Assembly (NCBI GenBank): GCA_001600695.1
Contig: BCKQ01000003.1
Location: 1,365,142-1,429,141 of the forward strand
Reading direction: 5' to 3'
DNA: 64,000 bases
From: Ascoidea asiatica JCM 7603
Taxonomy: Eukaryota > Fungi > Ascomycota
The notes beneath the pieces were generated by a model. It was not told where the DNA came from and ran no database searches. It saw only the letters and a program-made list of their open reading frames with translations. Below are positions 1 to 12,146 of the stretch, piece after piece. Numbering within the stretch: position 1 is the stretch's first letter; the number at the start of each line of letters is the position of its first letter. A program made the position numbers and the translations under genes.

Positions 1-1
1 T

Positions 2-517
2 ATTGAAAATTGGAATTATATTAATACTTATTTACAATTACAAGAATTACCAAAATCTGGTAAAGTTAAATCAATTGGTGTTTCAAATTATTCAATTTTA
101 AAATTAAAAAATTTATTAAATAATTCAAATTTAAAAATTAAACCATGTATTAATCAAGTTGAAATTCATCCATATTTACCACAATCTGATTTAATTAAAT
201 TTTGTTCAAAAAATAATATTTTATTAGAAGCTTATAGTCCATTAGGTTCAACTGAATCTCCATTATTTAAACATAAAACAATAATTGAAATTGCAAAAAA
301 AAATAATGTTACAACTGCTCAAGTTTTAATTTCTTGGGGTATTTCTAGAGGTTATGCTGTTTTACCAAAATCTATAACACCTTCAAGAATTGAATCAAAT
401 TTAAAATATTTTAAAATTTCAAAATCTGATGTTGAATTAATTAATCAAATTTCTAAAATTGAAGGAACTAAAAGATTTTGTAATCCTGATTTTGGTACTA
501 ATATCTTTGATGAATAA
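2..517 (+). CDS. Aldo-keto reductase (Gcy1/Ypr1-like), 3' part; 5' end lies outside the window
   Basis: Frame 2 read by hand: GKVKSIGVSNY, KPCINQVEIHPYLPQ, LEAYSPLG, AQVLISWGISRGYAVLPKSITPSRIESN; TAA at 515-517. Missed by the ORF track because it has no start. Confidence 0.93.
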   Translation: MENWNYINTYLQLQELPKSGKVKSIGVSNYSILKLKNLLNNSNLKIKPCINQVEIHPYLPQSDLIKFCSKNNILLEAYSPLGSTESPLFKHKTIIEIAKKNNVTTAQVLISWGISRGYAVLPKSITPSRIESNLKYFKISKSDVELINQISKIEGTKRFCNPDFGTNIFDE

Positions 518-730
518 TTATTTTAAATTTTCTATTTAACACTATTTCAATGCAAATATACATAAGTTTTTTATATAAACAATAGTCAATGAATAATCAC
601 TCAATAAACACTTAAACACTCAACAGTTGATGTTTGCTTAAACGCTGAGGAAACAGAAAAATAAACAGTAGAACAGATCCGTAGACATCCACGTACCGGA
701 TTTAGTACCCATCCGCTTATTATATTAACA

Positions 731-790
731 GTTTATTTACTTATTTACTTATTTACTTATTTACTTATTTACTTATTTATTTACTTATTT
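731..790. repeat. (TTTACTTA)n 8-bp tandem repeat
   Basis: About 7 near-perfect units, directly visible. Confidence 0.85.
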
Positions 791-1036
791 ATTGATTGTT
801 ATTGAATATACGTTTATTTATTTATCTATTGAGTAATTGATGAATACATTATCAATGAATATATTCATAATTGAATTGAATGAAGAACATCATTGATCAA
901 ATATATTATTAGTGGAATGCAAAAGATAACATAAAAATAATTAATCAATAATATTTAAAACGCTTTTTCAAATTTATCTTTTAATTCAAATTTTAATAAT
1001 TATCATCAATTAAAATAAAATGACTATTTATAAATA

Positions 1037-4000
1037 ATGAATAATATTAAACAAAATGATTTCACCATTAATAATTTCAAAAACAGTTTTATAAACTATG
1101 ATGATGACAATAATAATGATAATAATGATAATAATGATAATAATGATAATGATGAACTTTTTAATAACAATTTATATAATTATAATATTAAATCATTTTC
1201 AGATTCTAAAATTACTGAATTAATTAAAAAAGATCAATTTCTTTATTATGATAATACAAATAATAATGATAATCAAAAAATTAAAAATTTAGATTCAGAT
1301 TCTATTTTATCAAATAATATTAATAATAATATAAGTAATTCAAAAACGCTGAAACTTAAACAAAATGATGTTACTGATTTTAAACTTAATGAATTTCAAA
1401 AAAATATTATAGATTCAAGTTTTCAAAAAATTTTAAAATTACAACAATCAAATTCAACTCAATCTTCAATTAATAATTCAATTAATAATAATCAAAATGA
1501 AAAACTTGGAAAAAATGAAAAAATTAATAAAAATTCATATAATTCACTTGATTCAATAAATAATAATATTAATAATAATATTAATAATAATATTAATAAT
1601 AGTAATAATAATAATAATAATCGATTCAATTCAAATATTGATGATAATTTCTTTTTATCAACAAAAGGTAAAAAATATTTAGATTCAAGATCAAAACAAT
1701 TAGTATTTAAAAAACCTTTATTACCATTTTTAATTAAACATTTTAATTGTAAAATTACAAATATTTATTCAATTAATCAATTTCAATCAATTTCAAAATT
1801 TAATATAAATTCAAATGTAAATTTAATATTTATACCAAATTCAAAAGATTTCTCATTTTATAGAGAATTTTGTGATATTTTTTATTTTTTTATTCAATTT
1901 GATTTAGATTTTAATTCAATTTTAAATTTTCCAGAAATTTTATTTTTTTATATTAAAATTTTAATGAATTCTTCAATTGATCCAATTCAAGATCAATTAA
2001 TTTCTTATTTAATTGATTTTCTTAAAACTTTTAAAGATAATAAATTTAAAAATAATAAAAATAAACTTAAATTTAATCATTGGCCTGCTTTTTTACAATA
2101 TATTTCAAGAATTTTTAATTTAAAATTATTACCTTCAATTTATAATTTTGATTCAATTATAACTTCCAACAATAATCAATCAAATATATCAAATATTTCA
2201 GTAACTGACTTCAATAATAGTGAAAAAAGTAAAATTTCAATTTCTTTTTATACTGGAAATTCAATCTCTGATAGTATTCAAACTATAAATATAGAATATT
2301 TATCAAATCCAATAAAATTATCAATATTTCTATATAATCAAAGACTTAAAATAATTTCTCCTTTTTTTAAAAAATGGTTCAAATTTTATAAATTATCAAT
2401 TTCTCTTTCAAATTTACTAAAAACTAAAAATAAAATTATTCAAAATAATTTTTTTTATAAATTTTTTTTATTAAAATTTAGTAAATTTAAAAAATTATCA
2501 AATATTGCAATTAAATTTAAAAATTTATCAAATTTAAGAAAAATATTTTCAATTTGGTTTAAGAAATTAATTTTTATTAAAAAATTATTAATTAAATCTT
2601 CAAATTATTATGAAATTAAATTAAAATTTAAAATTTTTAGAACTGTTTGGCTTAATTCTTTAAATTGTTTTAAAGATCTTGAAAATATTTCTCAAAATAG
2701 AAGACTTTTAATAATTCAAAAAAAATATTATGATAAAATTTGGTTTACTTTCAAGACTAAAAAAAATATAGAATATATTAAAAAACTTAGATTACATAAC
2801 TATTATAAAAAAAATTTTAATGTTTGGTTCAAGAAATTTAAAATAGTCAAACAAATGAATGATGATTGTAGATTAATTGAATTAGCAATGGTTGGAGGTT
2901 CTTATTTCATTCAATGGAAATTTAAAAGTAAAAAATTGAAATTAAAAAGACTTGAAATATCTTCAATTTTAGATAATAATTTAAAGAAAAAAGTATTTGA
3001 AAAATTAAAATTTTCTCATAAACTTCAAAAATTAAAATTAGAAGTTATTGAGAAAAATAATTTCAACTTAAAAAAATTCATATTCCAAGAATTTTTAATT
3101 AAAAGATTTCTAGAATCACAAATACTTAATAATTATTATATTGGAAAACCAAATATTCAAATTAAAGAAAAATACTTTAATCAATGGCTTAATAATTTAA
3201 AATTATCTCAGAAGGTAAAAGAATTCAATAATAAAATTTTAAAAGCTAAATATCTTAAAAAATGGTGTTTAAATTCACAAGAATTAAAATTATCAAAATA
3301 TAATAATTTTAATTTACTTAAATTATATTTCAAAAAATGGAGATTAGCTAAAAACTATCAAAGTATTATAAATAAAGATCAGAATTTAACAAGTAAATAT
3401 TATAAAATTTGGTTTAATAAATATTTAATAATAATTAATTTCAATATTCAAGCACTACAAATTTCAAATTATTTAACAGCGTCAAATTATTTTGCAAATA
3501 TTTGGTATAAAAAATATATTAATTGGCAATATAATAATGAATATTGTAAAAAAATTTATTTAAAAAATTTTTTAAAAAATAAATTACTTAAAAATTATTA
3601 TCTTAAACATGATGGATTAAAAATTAATCAATTGATAATTGAATCTAAAGTTTTATTTAATTTAAAACGAATATATTTTCAAAAAATGATAATAAAATTT
3701 AAAATAAATCAAATGAATAAGTTAGTACTTAGGAAAAATTTTAAGATATGGAAAGATAAAATAAATATGATAAATATAATAAAAAAAGAAGCAGATAAGT
3801 ATTATTTTAAAAATTTAAGTAAATCAGTAATTAATGTTTGGATTTCTAAAAACGAAAGGTATAAATCATTTGAAATTACAGCATTAAATTATTATTCCGA
3901 AAGTTTGATTGAAAATATATTTAGAAATAATTTTTTAAAAATAATTTTAAAATCTCAAAATCTTGAATATAATTATAAAGAATTTACATATAGATTATTA

Positions 4001-4990
4001 GAGAATAAATTTCAAAAATGGAGTATGGAATATCTAAGATTTAGAAGAAATAATGATAATGCAGAATCATTTTTAAAAAGATGGAATAAAAATAAATTAA
4101 AGAGAATATTTATTCTTTGGGTTAGAAAATCAGAAGAATTTAAAATTGATTTATTAGATCATCAGAATATTGATAAACAAATTGAAGGAGAAAATGAATT
4201 TGATGTTGATTATAATGAAGAAGATGATGATGAAGAAGATGAAGATACATCACCATCTAAAGAAAGAAGAGATAGAATATTCAAACAAAGACTGAGTAGT
4301 TCAATTAATTCGTCAAATTTAAATTCAAATAGATCAAGATCATCAAATTCTATCAATCAAAGTAGAAGAAATATATCATCAAATTCTATTAATCGAAGTA
4401 GAAGAAATATATCAGGAAATATATCAGGAAATATATCAGGAAATACATCAAGAAATTCAATAGGAAACATAACAGGAGATAGATCAAGAAATACATCAGG
4501 AAATATTTTAAGAGATGATTCCAAAATTCAAAGTGGAAACATAACTGGAAATATATCAGATTGGAGATTGAAACCTTTGAGATCATCATTAAAAAGTAGA
4601 GATGATATTAATATTAGTAATATGAATATGAATATGAACAATAATAATAATAATAACAATACGAATAACAATATGAATACAAATGATTTTACAAAAACAC
4701 CAAATACAGTTAGATTTAAAGATATTTCTACATTATTATTAACTCCAAGATCAGAAATGATTAGAAATAAAAAAATTGAAGAATTAAAAAAATATTATAG
4801 TCGAAAAAATAATTCAAATGAAATTGATAATAGTATTTTACCAAATTTTAATTCCCCATCAATTATAAATAGTAGTAATATTAATGATTTAAATACATCT
4901 ATAAGAATACGAAATAATAATGAAACTCCATTTCTTTCAAGATCAAAACTAAATGATAATGATAGGTTTTTATCATCAAATAAAAAGTAA
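1037..4990 (+). CDS. SFI1: Sfi1-like spindle pole body half-bridge (centrin-binding) protein
   Basis: Many Trp-anchored repeats (FFKKWFK, IFSIWFKK, YFNQWL, YFKKWR, NFKIWK, FLKRWNKNKLKRIFILW) spaced ~23-35 aa apart; basic, Ser/Thr-Pro-containing low-complexity C-terminal tail. Confidence 0.8.
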   Translation: MNNIKQNDFTINNFKNSFINYDDDNNNDNNDNNDNNDNDELFNNNLYNYNIKSFSDSKITELIKKDQFLYYDNTNNNDNQKIKNLDSDSILSNNINNNISNSKTLKLKQNDVTDFKLNEFQKNIIDSSFQKILKLQQSNSTQSSINNSINNNQNEKLGKNEKINKNSYNSLDSINNNINNNINNNINNSNNNNNNRFNSNIDDNFFLSTKGKKYLDSRSKQLVFKKPLLPFLIKHFNCKITNIYSINQFQSISKFNINSNVNLIFIPNSKDFSFYREFCDIFYFFIQFDLDFNSILNFPEILFFYIKILMNSSIDPIQDQLISYLIDFLKTFKDNKFKNNKNKLKFNHWPAFLQYISRIFNLKLLPSIYNFDSIITSNNNQSNISNISVTDFNNSEKSKISISFYTGNSISDSIQTINIEYLSNPIKLSIFLYNQRLKIISPFFKKWFKFYKLSISLSNLLKTKNKIIQNNFFYKFFLLKFSKFKKLSNIAIKFKNLSNLRKIFSIWFKKLIFIKKLLIKSSNYYEIKLKFKIFRTVWLNSLNCFKDLENISQNRRLLIIQKKYYDKIWFTFKTKKNIEYIKKLRLHNYYKKNFNVWFKKFKIVKQMNDDCRLIELAMVGGSYFIQWKFKSKKLKLKRLEISSILDNNLKKKVFEKLKFSHKLQKLKLEVIEKNNFNLKKFIFQEFLIKRFLESQILNNYYIGKPNIQIKEKYFNQWLNNLKLSQKVKEFNNKILKAKYLKKWCLNSQELKLSKYNNFNLLKLYFKKWRLAKNYQSIINKDQNLTSKYYKIWFNKYLIIINFNIQALQISNYLTASNYFANIWYKKYINWQYNNEYCKKIYLKNFLKNKLLKNYYLKHDGLKINQLIIESKVLFNLKRIYFQKMIIKFKINQMNKLVLRKNFKIWKDKINMINIIKKEADKYYFKNLSKSVINVWISKNERYKSFEITALNYYSESLIENIFRNNFLKIILKSQNLEYNYKEFTYRLLENKFQKWSMEYLRFRRNNDNAESFLKRWNKNKLKRIFILWVRKSEEFKIDLLDHQNIDKQIEGENEFDVDYNEEDDDEEDEDTSPSKERRDRIFKQRLSSSINSSNLNSNRSRSSNSINQSRRNISSNSINRSRRNISGNISGNISGNTSRNSIGNITGDRSRNTSGNILRDDSKIQSGNITGNISDWRLKPLRSSLKSRDDINISNMNMNMNNNNNNNNTNNNMNTNDFTKTPNTVRFKDISTLLLTPRSEMIRNKKIEELKKYYSRKNNSNEIDNSILPNFNSPSIINSSNINDLNTSIRIRNNNETPFLSRSKLNDNDRFLSSNKK

Positions 4991-5343
4991 GAAAGAAAAG
5001 TAAAAATAATTTATGATATTTTCGAGATAAAGAATATAGTTTAAAGATATAATTGCTAATTTATTACGCGGTGAGTTGATTTTAGAAACAAAGGTATTAA
5101 ATTCGCTTGAAGGTAGTTTTTAGTAGTTATATTATAATTATAAATGTTATATATATATCATATATATATATATCATATACAGTATATGCATAATATATGT
5201 ATATAATAAGAGTATAATATATACTAAATGTAAATTATATATTATAGATTGTATATTATATATATATATATATAAGGGATTTATAGGATTAATAAAGTGT
5301 AAGTCGTAAGATAAAAAGATGAGTAATAATATTAGAATTAGAT

Positions 5344-5658
5344 TCAAATAAGATTACCACCAATTTGTTCACGATGGGCTTCAATAACATCACCATCTTC
5401 TAAATCTAAACTATCAGGAGTATCATCAGCATTAACTCTTTCACCATCACTTAAAAATCTTAAACTTTCTATAGATTTACCTTGTCTTTTACAAAAAGCC
5501 TCCATTAATCTTTTCATTGGAGTTGATCTTTTAATTTTAAAATATATTTCACTTGAACCATCACTAACTTTTAAATTAATATGAGTTTCTGATTTAACAT
5601 CAGGTTTTTGATCATCAGTTGGAGGAGGTACAGTTGCATCAGTTGGACCTTCAGACAT
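5344..5658 (-). CDS. SMT3: SUMO (small ubiquitin-like modifier)
   Basis: [38 protein letters not shown]...[10 protein letters not shown] plus a 3-aa propeptide NLI. Confidence 0.98.
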   Translation of the reverse strand: MSEGPTDATVPPPTDDQKPDVKSETHINLKVSDGSSEIYFKIKRSTPMKRLMEAFCKRQGKSIESLRFLSDGERVNADDTPDSLDLEDGDVIEAHREQIGGNLI

Positions 5659-6563
5659 TATTAAAAGTATTTAAAGAGTTGTTGATATAATTAATTTTAT
5701 TTAATTTACTTTACTTGATAAAAATTAATACAATTTTCACGAATTTTCACAAAAATATCCAATCAGAAAATAAAAGACAAAGAATAAAGCGCTGACTGAG
5801 TGTTTTATATGATTATAATATTGAATAGATACAGTAAAGTAAATGTAATTGCTTGTTGGTTATAATATCTCTAGGATCTAGAAGAAGCAGTTTTAAAGTA
5901 AACCAAGAAGTTTTGCAGATGGAGCAGAAGAATCAAAGCCAGTTGAAATACACTGCCAAGGGGAGCTCTGTCTGGGGCCAGATCCGCACCGTGGGTTTCC
6001 GTTTATTTCCGGGGCTATTTCAAGGTTTTTCCGTGGGTTTTCCACTGCTTTGCAATGTTTTTCCGCGGTTGCGCATCTCGAAAACAGAAACAGAAACAAA
6101 AACAGAAATAAGAAGAAAAAATAAAAACAATCGAAAAAATGTTGAAATTTTTAAAAAACAACGCGACAGTCAGGTGACTAAACATTTTACTGGCGGGTAA
6201 TCTAAAAAAAGAAATATTTTTTAAAAAAAAACAAAACACGTGTTGATTTACTTTAGACCACTTTGTCCTCGGTTTATGTTTCAAAAGTATTACTACTTTG
6301 GGAATTAGAGACCTATTTTTGTGATTGGAGAGAAGTTTATTAACACAATTGAAGAAGTAAATAGTTTAATAAAATATTTTGAAAAATTAAATTTCGTTTA
6401 TTGATATCATACAAAATAGAAGCTAAATCAAGAATCAAAAGCTATAAAGTATAAAAAAAAATAGAGCAGAAAAAAATCAAGTAGGAGAAATTAAGGAAAA
6501 TGTATAAAAAGTAAAAATTAAAAATTTAGGATTATATTATAAGAAAAAAAATTATTTTTAAAT

Positions 6564-8261
6564 TTAAGCTGAAGTCATTCCAACTTTTTCAAGTTCTTTC
6601 TTTTCTTCACCTTCTTCTGATGAACCTTCACCAAATTCATTAACTGTTTTTCTTGGTCCATAATAAAATTTATAAGCATATGAATAGTAATATATCATTG
6701 ATAATATTGCAATACCAAATGTCATAACAACTGTATAATTCATAGAATCTTTTTCAACTGTTTTTGCACTTGGGAATAATGATATTATAATAATGAACAA
6801 AAGCCATGCAATTGCTATCCAATTAATAATTGGTGATAAAACTTTTCCCATATAAAATGGTCCTGGTTTAAAAATTTCTTTACCATAAACCATTCTTAAA
6901 AAAATTGGCATACCCCAAGCAATATAATTACCTGAAATTGCTAATGTAAATAATGCATTAGCTGCTGTTGTACCAATTAAACATAATAATCCAAATATTA
7001 ATGACATTATACCACTAAACCAAACTGCTCTTAATGGAACTGATAATTTTTTATTAACAACTTTAATAAATCCAGAAAATGGTAATCCATTATCTCTTGA
7101 AAATGCCCAGACTTGTCTTGAAATTGCTGTTAAAATACTTGCTCCCATTAAATATTGACAAAATGCAATTAAACTCATAAATGCAATTGCCCAATTTTTT
7201 CCTAATGAATCATAAATAATTTGTGCTAATGGTTGTCCATATTTTGTACCTAAAATTGATTCAATATCTTCTGTAATACATGCACAAATAACTATACAAA
7301 TTACCCATCCTAAAATTGCACAAATTGAAATTGATGATACAATTCCTAATGGTACAGCTCTTGCAGCATTAGTTGCTTCTTCTGATTGATGAACACATGA
7401 ATCAAATGCACCAATAACCCATGGAGCTGCCATCCAACTTAAAACAAATTGAAATCCAGTACTCCAAGTTGAATAATTTTTAATTTCTCCAAAAATAAAT
7501 TTACCATCTTTAAAACCATCAGTATTAACTTTTGTACCAATTGGTAATGCAATAATAAATAAAACAATTAAACCAACATTACAAACAATAGAAACAGTTT
7601 GTAATTTTGCAATTGCATTTGAAGCAAGTGAAGTTGCAAAAATATGTGAAACAACACAAGCTGCAAATACACCATATTGTTTACCAGAAGTAATATCAAA
7701 GTTTCCATCTTTTTGTATGACAACAGCTGCAAGAATTTCATTAGCTAAACCATAATCAATAGAACATAAACCACCAATTAAAGCTAAAGAATTTATATTA
7801 CCAATTAAAAAACTTAATGGAATTTTTAAATTTTGAGGAGCATAATGATAAGTCCAATAATATAAACCACCACTTGTTGGAATTGAACTACCTAATTCAG
7901 CCATACTTATACCAATTGCAAGAATAAAAAATGAAGCAATAAACCAACCCCAAACTAAACCAACTGGACCACCTGTTAAACCAACAGCTAATACAGAAGC
8001 AATTGAAGGTAATAAACCCATAATTGAAAATGCAATACCAAAAACTTGTAAAGTTGAAAATTGTCTTTTTAATTCAGGTTTATAACCAATTTCTTCTAAT
8101 AAATCATTATCTTCTATATGTAATTTTGAATCAATAATTTCTTGTTGTAAAGGAGATCTAATTGGAGATAATTTTGTTGTTAAATTATTACCAGTTGAAA
8201 TTGAAGCAATATTTTCAAGATCTTTTGGAATCTTTGCTTCAGAAGCTTTAGATTCAGACAT
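6564..8261 (-). CDS. UGA4: GABA/polyamine permease (APC superfamily, Uga4-like)
   Basis: LEEIGYKPELKRQFSTLQVFGIAFSIMGLLPSIAS, AELGSSIPTSGGLYYW, GAFDSCVHQSEEATNA; ~12 hydrophobic segments. Confidence 0.9.
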   Translation of the reverse strand: MSESKASEAKIPKDLENIASISTGNNLTTKLSPIRSPLQQEIIDSKLHIEDNDLLEEIGYKPELKRQFSTLQVFGIAFSIMGLLPSIASVLAVGLTGGPVGLVWGWFIASFFILAIGISMAELGSSIPTSGGLYYWTYHYAPQNLKIPLSFLIGNINSLALIGGLCSIDYGLANEILAAVVIQKDGNFDITSGKQYGVFAACVVSHIFATSLASNAIAKLQTVSIVCNVGLIVLFIIALPIGTKVNTDGFKDGKFIFGEIKNYSTWSTGFQFVLSWMAAPWVIGAFDSCVHQSEEATNAARAVPLGIVSSISICAILGWVICIVICACITEDIESILGTKYGQPLAQIIYDSLGKNWAIAFMSLIAFCQYLMGASILTAISRQVWAFSRDNGLPFSGFIKVVNKKLSVPLRAVWFSGIMSLIFGLLCLIGTTAANALFTLAISGNYIAWGMPIFLRMVYGKEIFKPGPFYMGKVLSPIINWIAIAWLLFIIIISLFPSAKTVEKDSMNYTVVMTFGIAILSMIYYYSYAYKFYYGPRKTVNEFGEGSSEEGEEKKELEKVGMTSA

Positions 8262-8893
8262 TTTTTTTAGTTAGTTAAAATGATTAATTAAAGGATATAT
8301 TAATTTTGATAATAAATAAATAAAAAAATTATAGTCAGAAATTAAAAAAATCGAAATTAAGAGGAATTTTTAATCTTTATATACAAAGTATAATAACTAA
8401 TCGCATTCAAAAAAAATTGAATATTCATTTCCTTATTTAATAAATTTGTATGCATTTGATTAAAAGAAAATAAGAAGTTGATAATAAAATTAGTTTTTTA
8501 AAACCCGTATAATACCAAAAGAAATAACTCAAAATATAAAATAACCTGCATGATATCAAAGTTTGAAAAGCTTAAATGACTTGAAACTAAGAAAAAGAAA
8601 AGCAAAAAAGCTTAAGATTATCAAAAAAATTTGTAATTAAGCTTTTGAATCAAGCTTTTGACTGATAACGTATACAGTACCGGTATGCTATTAAATAATT
8701 GATAATTTAATTTCCATTTCTTATCTGATGAATAATCAGTAATACTACTAGTATTAGAAATAGTAATAAAAATAGTAGTTTTGCTTAGAAAAACAATACT
8801 AGCTAAATATTTGAGTAGACATTAAAGAAAGATCTTTTTTGGAATCATTTATGAAAAGTTCTTAGAATTTATTTACAGTTTAAAAACTAAAAT

Positions 8894-8937
8894 CTTTTAG
8901 ATTTCTTTTAGATTTCTTTTAGATTTCTTTTAGATTT
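8894..8937. repeat. (CTTTTAGATT)x~4 10-bp tandem repeat
   Basis: Directly visible upstream of UGA4. Confidence 0.8.
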
Positions 8938-10763
8938 TTAATATTTGAATTTTCAGTATGGATTTGAACTTGAGGGAATCCAAAATGTCTTTGGAAGCCA
9001 AATTCAAAATTTAAAATGAAAAAGTAATAGATATAGAAGTAGAAAAGGATATAGAAATAGAAATCTAATTCAATATAATTTAAATTATATTAATCATATT
9101 TTAATCAATTAAACCAGCTAACCAAATAGATTATAAAATTGACGCTGGCGCTAAGAAGAAATAAATATTAACGATTCTAGCTCCAGACTTCCTAGTGATA
9201 TTTGATGTAGGATTAGTAGTATTAAATTGCTTTAAATAATTAAAGTAAAGTTTGATTAAATAAAAGCTTTTTTAAGAAAAGCCCTTGGCAGAATAGCCTA
9301 AATTGCATTATTTTGCTTAATTTCATTTTTTTGAATAATAGTAAATTGAATATATTAAATATCCTAATATTCCTATCATTCCAATATTCCAGCTCTAATA
9401 AAGATGTAAAGGTATAAACATAAAAATAATGAACAGTTCCACAACCACCAATAAACACAGCGCCACCAGCAAAAGGACTTTCAGCAGAGGCATTCGCTGC
9501 ACTCCTCGCGATTTGCTGTTTGCTATCGTATTCACTTACTGAAGCACACCGGCGGGAGTTCCCAATCTGGTAATTGAGAGCCACTGCTCGCTCTAAAATA
9601 TTCATTTAAATTCAATACTCAAAATTGTAGTATTTTAGAAATATTCTGAGCTATTCACATTAATATTACTCATAATAATAATAACAATCACAAATAAGTT
9701 ATAATCATTCGATAAATATTTTAGATCAAAAAAAATAATACAATTGTGAAAGAATCATCTAATCAATTTAATTATTTTGCAAAATATAGTTTTATGGATT
9801 GAATAAGTTTTATATTTTCCTTCTCGAAAAAAAGTATTTGAACTTCTATGACCCTAACAATTTAAAAAATGTTTCTTTATTTTCTCTAAGATTTCTTTAA
9901 AAATAATTCCTATTTTGATTGAATTAAACTAGCTAAATAATGGATTTTATAAAATGTTCTTCATAAAGTAAGTTATTGATTCATGAAATTTTATAAGAAT
10001 ATAATAAAAATTACTTTCTAGAGGTTACATCTAATTTAAACCTTTATTTCGATATTACACTACATTATTATTCAAGAAATATTATAAAAAATAATTGAAT
10101 AATATCATAAACCTTTCCTTTCATTGAGTTAACTACTAATAAGTATCGGTATTATTGTAAGTTAATAAATCATGTCTTACATTTATTTCAATTTTCTGTC
10201 AATTTTCTGTCAAACTTATGTCTATCAATAACATTTATTACTATCAGTTAAAGGGTCTTCATGTATTTATATTTTCAAAACATAAATTTCAGATCTAAGA
10301 TTGACTAGATGATAATGATTTTATGTAAGAATCTATTACTTAATCTGATCAAATTATACTATTCATTGTATTTTATTTATTTATTGACTCAAAATAAAAT
10401 AACAATCTTAATAAATAAAAAATAGCTCATATGTTAAATTGTTTTCAATATATTAATTGAAGGGCGCATTTTAGGTAAATCTAGTGTTAAATTAAATATC
10501 AATCATGTATTTTACAGTAATGAATCAACTCCACCAGGCACTTTTTCTTAAGCATTTTTAGTGCCCTTTCAAAAATTATCATTGCCAGAGAAGGAGACCC
10601 CAGAATTGCGGATCTTCTATTACTGGCGGCTATTTTGAATTAGGAAATTTAAATATTTTAATAAATATATGGAAATTAACTAAATCGAACTGATTTAATT
10701 TGAATAATATAAAAATATAGTTGAGAAAAAGAAGAAAAATGATAAATATAACTCATAATCAAT

Positions 10764-12146
10764 TTAGCCAAAGATTTCTGATTCAATCTCAAAACAAACT
10801 TTTGTAAAAATTTCAACAATTTTTTCAATTTCTTCTTTACTTACAACATATGCTGGTGAAAACATTATATGATCACCTTTATCACCTAATGTACAGTCCA
10901 TACCTAAAAGTTGAAGACCTTTTTTGAAACATCTTTCACTTACTTTATGTGCCAAATCAATTTTTTTATCAAATGGTTCTTTTGTTTTTTTATCTTTTAA
11001 AAATTCAACACTTCTAAATGTTCCAATACCTCTAACTTCTCCAAAAATTTTGCTATCTTTTAAATTTTCATTTAATAAATCATTCAAATAATCTCCCATA
11101 ATTTTGCAATTTTCAATATAATTTTTTTCAAAAATTTTTTTTTGAATTGCTAAAGAAACTCGACAATTAAATGAATGCGATTGATATGTATGACCTCCAG
11201 TAATTTTACCAGAACCTTTAATGAATACTTCTCTAACTTGTGGTGAAATTAAAACTCCTGCAATTGTTACATATCCACTACCTAATGTTTTACCAATAGT
11301 TTGTATATCTGGTCCTTTATTTAATGGTAAATAATTTTCCCATGCATGATATTTTCCACTTCTACCCATTCCACACATAACTTCATCTAAGATAAATAAT
11401 GATCCATATTTATGACAAATATCTCTAATTCCTTCTAAATATCCTGGAACTGGTTCAACACATCCTAAACTAGATCCACTTATTGTTTCACAAACAAATC
11501 CAGCAATATTCTCAGGTCCTGCTTCAATAAATTTATCATCAATTTCTTTAAGAAGTCTATTTTTATATTCTTCTAAATTTTCATTTGATTTTTTATCATG
11601 AAATGGAAAACATGGACTCACTTTTAAAAATTGTTCTTGAGATAAATTAACTGGTCTAAATTCTTCATATCTTGGTGTATCTCCAATTGATAAAGATCCT
11701 AATGTAAAACCATGATAACTTTGCTTTCTTGAAATAAATTTTGTTCTTTGACGTTCTCCTTTTTCAATAAAATACTGATATGCAACTCTAAGCATATTTT
11801 CATTTGCTTCTGATCCAGATCCAACAAAAAATCCAGAAGAAAATGAACCTTTGGGAGAATGATCACAAATAAATTCAACTAATTTTTCTGCATTATAATT
11901 TCCTGTATATAATGTAAATGAATAAGCACATTCCTCTGAAGCTTTTTTCATTTCTTCAATGATATCTGGATCGCCATGTCCTAAACTACCAACCGAAGCT
12001 GATGTATTACCATCAATAATTTTTCGTTGGGTATGAGTGACCGGATCTTCAACTGTTAAATAAACTCCTTTACCTCCAATTATCATTGGTTGTTTTTCAT
12101 CAATTATTGATTGAAAAAGGAATGATCCTGTATTCTTGCTTGACAT
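10764..12146 (-). CDS. PLP-dependent class III aminotransferase (fungal omega-amino acid / BioA-like family; substrate unknown)
   Basis: GSGSEANE, SYHGFTLG, FILDEVMCGMGRSG, PDIQTIGKTLGSGY (PLP lysine), GHTY. Confidence 0.92.
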   Translation of the reverse strand: MSSKNTGSFLFQSIIDEKQPMIIGGKGVYLTVEDPVTHTQRKIIDGNTSASVGSLGHGDPDIIEEMKKASEECAYSFTLYTGNYNAEKLVEFICDHSPKGSFSSGFFVGSGSEANENMLRVAYQYFIEKGERQRTKFISRKQSYHGFTLGSLSIGDTPRYEEFRPVNLSQEQFLKVSPCFPFHDKKSNENLEEYKNRLLKEIDDKFIEAGPENIAGFVCETISGSSLGCVEPVPGYLEGIRDICHKYGSLFILDEVMCGMGRSGKYHAWENYLPLNKGPDIQTIGKTLGSGYVTIAGVLISPQVREVFIKGSGKITGGHTYQSHSFNCRVSLAIQKKIFEKNYIENCKIMGDYLNDLLNENLKDSKIFGEVRGIGTFRSVEFLKDKKTKEPFDKKIDLAHKVSERCFKKGLQLLGMDCTLGDKGDHIMFSPAYVVSKEEIEKIVEIFTKVCFEIESEIFG

